DNA of 62,295 nucleotides, filler included, from Globobulimina sp. (Eukaryota): NCBI GenBank assembly GCA_003354225.1. It is 10 parts of 10 records of this genome, joined end to end, with 100 filler letters (N's around TTAATTAATTAA, not from the genome) between each part and the next. Parts side by side here need not be neighbours in the genome. Positions count along the whole stretch, not along the records: positions 56,182 to 62,295 come from PIVH01000360.1; 9 more parts are not named here. One strand, 5' to 3'. Shown piece by piece: positions 57,377 to 62,295 of this stretch (position 1 is its first letter; each line of letters starts with the position of its first letter). The notes under the pieces were generated by a model. It saw only the letters and a program-made list of their open reading frames with translations, ran no database searches and was not told where the DNA came from. The position numbers and the translations under genes were made by a program.

Positions 57377-57660
57377 TTATCCTCTTGGCAAAACATAAAA
57401 GAACACCGATACAAAATGACAAACACTACCGATCAAAACAAGAATATGGAAGATGGCGTGATTGAACTTTATTTTTTTAATGCTGTATAGGATTGCGCCA
57501 GTTGTATAAGCCATTCCACCTGCAACAAGCCAAAGTAAACCCTCTAAAGATAAATTATTAATCACTGGCTTTATGGCGAAAACGATTATCCAACCCATAA
57601 ACACATACATGAGTGTCGAAATTAAATTATACTTTCCAGTAAAAAACAGTTTCAAGAATA
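57377..57660 (-). CDS. Bacterial hemolysin III/PAQR family membrane protein, C-terminal fragment
   Basis: LKLFF, YVFMGW, GGMAYTTGA, HAIFHILVLIGSVCH; the 5' part is replaced by AT-rich DNA. Confidence 0.88.
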
Positions 57661-57875
57661 GCAGACCTGAAATTGACACTATGCTTTATAAAGTAATATA
57701 ATTATAAGATTGTTGATTAATATTTTTATAACTTTAATATTTTTATTATGTATTTATTGTGTACAATATTTCGAGTCGTCTCCGTGAAAACATGTTTGCA
57801 AATAATGTTTCTACCACTTTGCGAATGTCGTTACCGGTTCTCAGAAACAATAATAATCTGTCAGGAACAATTCAG

Positions 57876-58972
57876 CTAGTTTAATATTTGAAGATCAAAA
57901 CAAGGATCAAACATTGTTATACTAAGTATTTTTGGACTTCTGAATGGTGGTATTTTCAATTTATCCGATATTGGAGCTTCATTCACTGCAAATCTCAATT
58001 CTCCGTCAGCAAGAACATGACTATCACTTTTTGTATATAGCAATGATATAATATCACCAAAATCGGCATACATTGATGATTCCTCACCATTCACAGTCAT
58101 TTGATAACACTGTAACTGTTCACATCTTTGTTTTGCAATACCAATCTTAAACAATTTGCATTCATAACCTTGTTCACAGTGCGTCCTTTTCATTATTTTT
58201 ACTCTCCATAATTTGCGAATAACTTTGTTAGTTAACTTATATTTTCCATACGCATTCACTCGATAACAACTATTCCCATTCCATGATAGATTTGTGTCGT
58301 TATCACTTAATAAGAAGCTGCATTTATATTGTTTAGACATTAAATCTGCATCAAACATATCAATGTCTTCCATATTTCTTAAATCATAACAAAATGCAAT
58401 GCATAGTTTAACGACATCCAATGGCGCATTTTCAAAAGCATTAATAAAACCGTATAATAATAATATTGCATTTTCTTCATTGGAATTGAAATTGCAACAC
58501 GCTCTCAGAAATTTGTTGTTTTCTTTCAGTTGCTCTTTCAATAAAAAATCATCCAATGATATTTTTGGTGTTAATCTTTCATAACAAACCTTTGAAATTA
58601 TTTTATATTAACTTAGATGTGGATTTTTCTTGTAACAAATCAACAAAACTTTACATTTGGCTTGAAATTGATTTGTATCGTTCAGTGTGCCACATGAGCA
58701 CTGCAGACTAATTATTGCGGGACATTCGCAAAGTGCACTGATAGGATACAATATTTTCTTAGAGTCATTTGTTAGAATCATTTGAGAAGACATGTGCTGT
58801 CATACCATATTTGTGATATTTGTTCAGATTGATGCTTCCATTTGCTATATAGATGGGAATTATTTTGCGTTATGATACAACATTTTTTTAATGTTACATA
58901 CCATGCGGTGCATCGCCATATATAACCGCAATTATATTTGTTTCGCTTGCGTCGGAACATGGTATAAGACAT
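57876..58972 (-). CDS. Two RanBP2-like zinc fingers + SPRY-like C-terminus; introns 58845-58901, 58738-58805 and 58590-58649
   Basis: Splicing yields WRCTAC...ICALC...QCSC...N...KCKVC, then LYGFI...P.DV..LC and GDII...LRFAVN. Confidence 0.7.
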
Positions 58973-59025
58973 TGGTATTAAAGTTAGTGAAAAAAACGTT
59001 TTTTATTAAAAAGGTAATTTTAATC

Positions 59026-60709
59026 ATGTCACGTTTAGGAGGTTGTCTCCTCCACAAAACCATATCGAAATGGACTACCAATTCATTCTCAAATTATCCA
59101 TCAACCCAATGCTATCTTATTATAAATCGCTATATTAATTCAGATACATTATTCAATGAAATAAACGCTTCATTTGAAAAATTAAAAGAAAATAAACAAT
59201 CACAAACTAAGTCATTCAAAAATGCGCAATCTGCAAACAAACACAAACCCAAACAATCAAAACCAAAGAAACATAAACCACCAAACAAATTAATTCATAA
59301 ATCCGTATCACCAACGAATACCAACAATAAATCACTAGCACTCAAACAATATAATAATGATTATTTATCACAGATTATGCCAACAAATAAGTCCATATTT
59401 AATAAATACGGTATGTTCGTGTAATGTGTCTGAAAATTCTTGATTTTTCCAATATTTATCACATTAAAATTCCAAAAAACACACACAAAAATATTTAGAA
59501 GCTATAGCACATTCTTTGCAAAGAGACAATAAACAACAAAAAGAATTAATAAAATCAAGCAAAAAGAAAGAAAATATTGACAAATATATAAGGAAACAAA
59601 TGGCGGAAAAAGAGCAACATAAAAAACAAAAATTTCAAGATCCGATATTTGCCGAATTGGACCATTATGACATAAGTTTACCAGAGCTAATATCCACAGA
59701 AAACATCATAAAAACAAAGCCACCCAAACCCGAAAACACTTTAATAAAATATGACGAATCTGAACTAACATTGAATGACGAAATTGCAACCAATCAATAT
59801 GATGCATACAATGAAATGTTTAATGGATTGGTTGCAATAAATGATCAAAATAAAAAAATGAATGAAAAAGAATTAATGAAATCTATCGATTGGACGCGAT
59901 TAGAAAATTACGTAGAACTGAATGGTTGGAATAACTTTGCGGAGTTTTTGAATGAGACTGAGAACGAAAACGAAATCCAAAAATACAAAATCCCATCGTT
60001 TTTATCCGAAAGCCCTAAAATGCGAAAAACACGCGATCGCCCAAAGGCGAAGATACTCGGAAATGAGGAAAATGCGTTTAAATTATATAAAATCAATGAA
60101 AAAGTAAGCATCGAAGCATGCAAATTTTTGAGAAACGGAAATGTGGCGTTATTGGTTAATGATAAACATTATGGATTCATAAAGAAGCACAATTTACCGA
60201 TTGACATAAAAATCGGTGAGTATCACAGTGGATATGTGTACGATATAAATTACTTTGGAAAAATCGAAGTGATTATGGAGAAGCCCAGTTTTTGGAGCCG
60301 AATGAGTGAATGTCAACGGCGGATAATTGATATATTGAAGTATTGTAATGGGAGCATCGAAATCAGTGACAAATCGGATGCGGAACTTATTCGACAAATG
60401 TTTGAAATGAGTAAGAAAAATTTTAAAAGAGCACTGGGAATGCTATTGAAAAATGGTGTGGTTGAGATATTTAATGAAAGTGATGCTGATATACCGTCAA
60501 AAATTATATTGAATAGAAATAAAATTGATTTGAAAGGGTATGATGTTGGCAAAGAAATCGAGGAACGAATGTGGAAAAGTAAACCGATTTGGGAATATGG
60601 TGTAAGTGCGCCACCATTTGCGGATGTATTGCCGGATGAAATGAAAGAGAGAAAGAAGAAAGAAAGTGAAATATATCAACGCAAATTTACTGTCAGGAAG
60701 AAAGCTTGA
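59026..60709 (+). CDS. CvfB/YitL-like S1 + winged-helix RNA-binding protein with probable mitochondrial presequence; intron 59411-59498
   Basis: YGFI...IGE...GYV...GKIEV (S1) and SDKSDAELIRQMFEMSKKNFKRALGMLLKNG (CvfB winged helix). Confidence 0.8.
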
Positions 60710-60805
60710 GCTGTCTAGTCAAGATAACTAAAAAACATTTCATTTTGCATCATGTCACTATAACCTCACAATTCACAAATGTATTATTATAAAACACATT
60801 ATATA

Positions 60806-62029
60806 TTACAGTTCACACATGATCAGGTCACTGAGGTCAGACATCTCAGAGTTTATTCGTTTTTTGGCGATTTCGTACATATCATTCATATGAGCCAAGC
60901 CAATTACAGTTACGACTAATTTATCTTTTCTGTGCTGTCCTTGACTCGTTGCAGCTTTTAATGTATTTTGAACCAACATTCCATCTCTTTTTGTTTTAAC
61001 ATCGGAGTTTCTAAATATTCGCGCCAAGCACGGTAATATACATCCAATCAATGATAATATTTTATTCATTTTATGCATACCATTTTTTGCTTTACTTTTT
61101 TCAGTACATATTTGCACCAAAACTTTAACCAATACCTTCCACGCAAACCAACAAATTGCAGAAATTACGACTTTACCTAATAAGAGAAGATAAGATTGAT
61201 TATAAATACATGTCGAAAGATGAAAAACTACATTTATAAATGCGCAGATTAAAGGTATAAAATATCCACAAATCATACAAATATTTAATAATATCCTTAG
61301 CCAAAATGGTGTTGCCTTTTCAATGGATTTAATAGTTTTTCTTATATCTTGATCGCCGTAAATTACCTGACATGGAGTTGATAAATCCCATGCCGTTAAC
61401 GCTGACATTTTAAATTCGTTTCCAGGAAAACAAAAGAAGCCCATACACCTTGTACCGATGCGTGCAAATAATGTAATTGGATCAAAATATGTTTTAAATT
61501 TAAATAAATCTTTAACTAATTGTATTTGATTAAATTCTGCTGAATTTTCAAACAAATGTTTCGCTCTTTTTTCATCCAATTCTAATACAACAGCGTCGGG
61601 CTTAATTAATGCGATTATTTCAGAGGACTGAATGGCAGATGTTTGCGATAAATGGCATGTTCCAATTAATACTATATTGTAATTTTGAGCGGATAAAATT
61701 CTGGTTGTATTTGGAAATATTTCATGTATAAATTGTATGGCTGCCTTATCCTCCGAATGCTCCATTTTTCTTTTTAAAGAACGCAATTTGTTTTTCAATT
61801 CATTTTCGATTTTGTATAAGTTGAATTTTAGTATAATGAATGCAAGAAAATACGCGAGTGCGTAGTACAAAATCTTTGTTTGAAACTCTTTATCAACCAA
61901 TTTGCCAAAATGTGTTTTTGAAAAACTGGTGTTTTCGGGGTAGAACTCCTGAATCGTCAGATCTATCACGAGACATATTGGCAACCAATTAATCCATTTC
62001 GACACTATTTTGTTGAAAATATCCCCCAT
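60806..62029 (-). CDS. TraB/PrgY/GumN family protein (TRABD-like) with TM segments
   Basis: LIGTCHLS, PDAVVLELD..R, PGNEF, GDQ, RD and VIGLAH motifs. Confidence 0.85.
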   Translation of the reverse strand: MGDIFNKIVSKWINWLPICLVIDLTIQEFYPENTSFSKTHFGKLVDKEFQTKILYYALAYFLAFIILKFNLYKIENELKNKLRSLKRKMEHSEDKAAIQFIHEIFPNTTRILSAQNYNIVLIGTCHLSQTSAIQSSEIIALIKPDAVVLELDEKRAKHLFENSAEFNQIQLVKDLFKFKTYFDPITLFARIGTRCMGFFCFPGNEFKMSALTAWDLSTPCQVIYGDQDIRKTIKSIEKATPFWLRILLNICMICGYFIPLICAFINVVFHLSTCIYNQSYLLLLGKVVISAICWFAWKVLVKVLVQICTEKSKAKNGMHKMNKILSLIGCILPCLARIFRNSDVKTKRDGMLVQNTLKAATSQGQHRKDKLVVTVIGLAHMNDMYEIAKKRINSEMSDLSDLIMCEL

Positions 62030-62295
62030 GGTTTTGGATTTTTATTGCTTGCCGTTTAATTGGAAATTGTGCAACTTTTATAAATTTATAATTTTGGTTA
62101 CAAAAAAGTTCATATTTTCATAATCGCTGCATGCATAATCGATCATTTGTGACTTTATTTCATAATCCAACAAATGAAAAGATTTTAAATTGATATGAGA
62201 GCAGAGTCCAATTCCTCATCAGAATGGTAGTCATCAATACGAATAAGCATAGGCTAGGAATAATAACCCTGCATTTTAGCTGTTTATTCATTGCT

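Noticed and set aside
881-60709. Alternative genetic code or stop read-through to explain split ORFs
   Set aside because: Nearly all breaks are resolved by short canonical GT-AG introns under the standard code

Overview
This window is not one locus. It is ten ~6.1-kb contigs (6159, 6152, 6148, 6140, 6140, 6139, 6138, 6134, 6131 and 6114 bp, in descending size order) joined by artificial 100-nt spacers (N44-TTAATTAATTAA-N44). Most of the DNA comes from an AT-rich, very gene-dense microbial eukaryote with short GT-AG introns of mostly 50-90 nt. The gene style suggests a foraminiferan/rhizarian, which is inference only. Eukaryotic genes include two kinases, an MFS transporter, a lactate permease, an OSCA/TMEM63-like channel with a SAM domain, dihydroorotase, a KCNH/CNG channel fragment, DSP and NIF phosphatases, GH43, a giant Pro-rich/Cys-rich XK-like membrane protein, RhoGEF, FHA, ARSK, TRABD and a CvfB-like RNA-binding protein. 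Other elements are a ~380-bp MITE, a near-complete APE-RT-RNaseH LINE, a P22-like phage contig, and two bacterial fragments fused to eukaryotic DNA. An inverted duplicate junction suggests whole-genome-amplification chimeras. The best candidate for an undescribed system is a family of ADP-ribosyltransferase-like domains (4 copies in 3 unlinked contigs). These are shuffled with PH, SAM, Zn-finger, PBZ-like and eIF5A-like modules and a shared uncharacterised Cys/His domain. Also notable are a repeated phage promoter/operator and a 69-bp palindrome around the portal gene.
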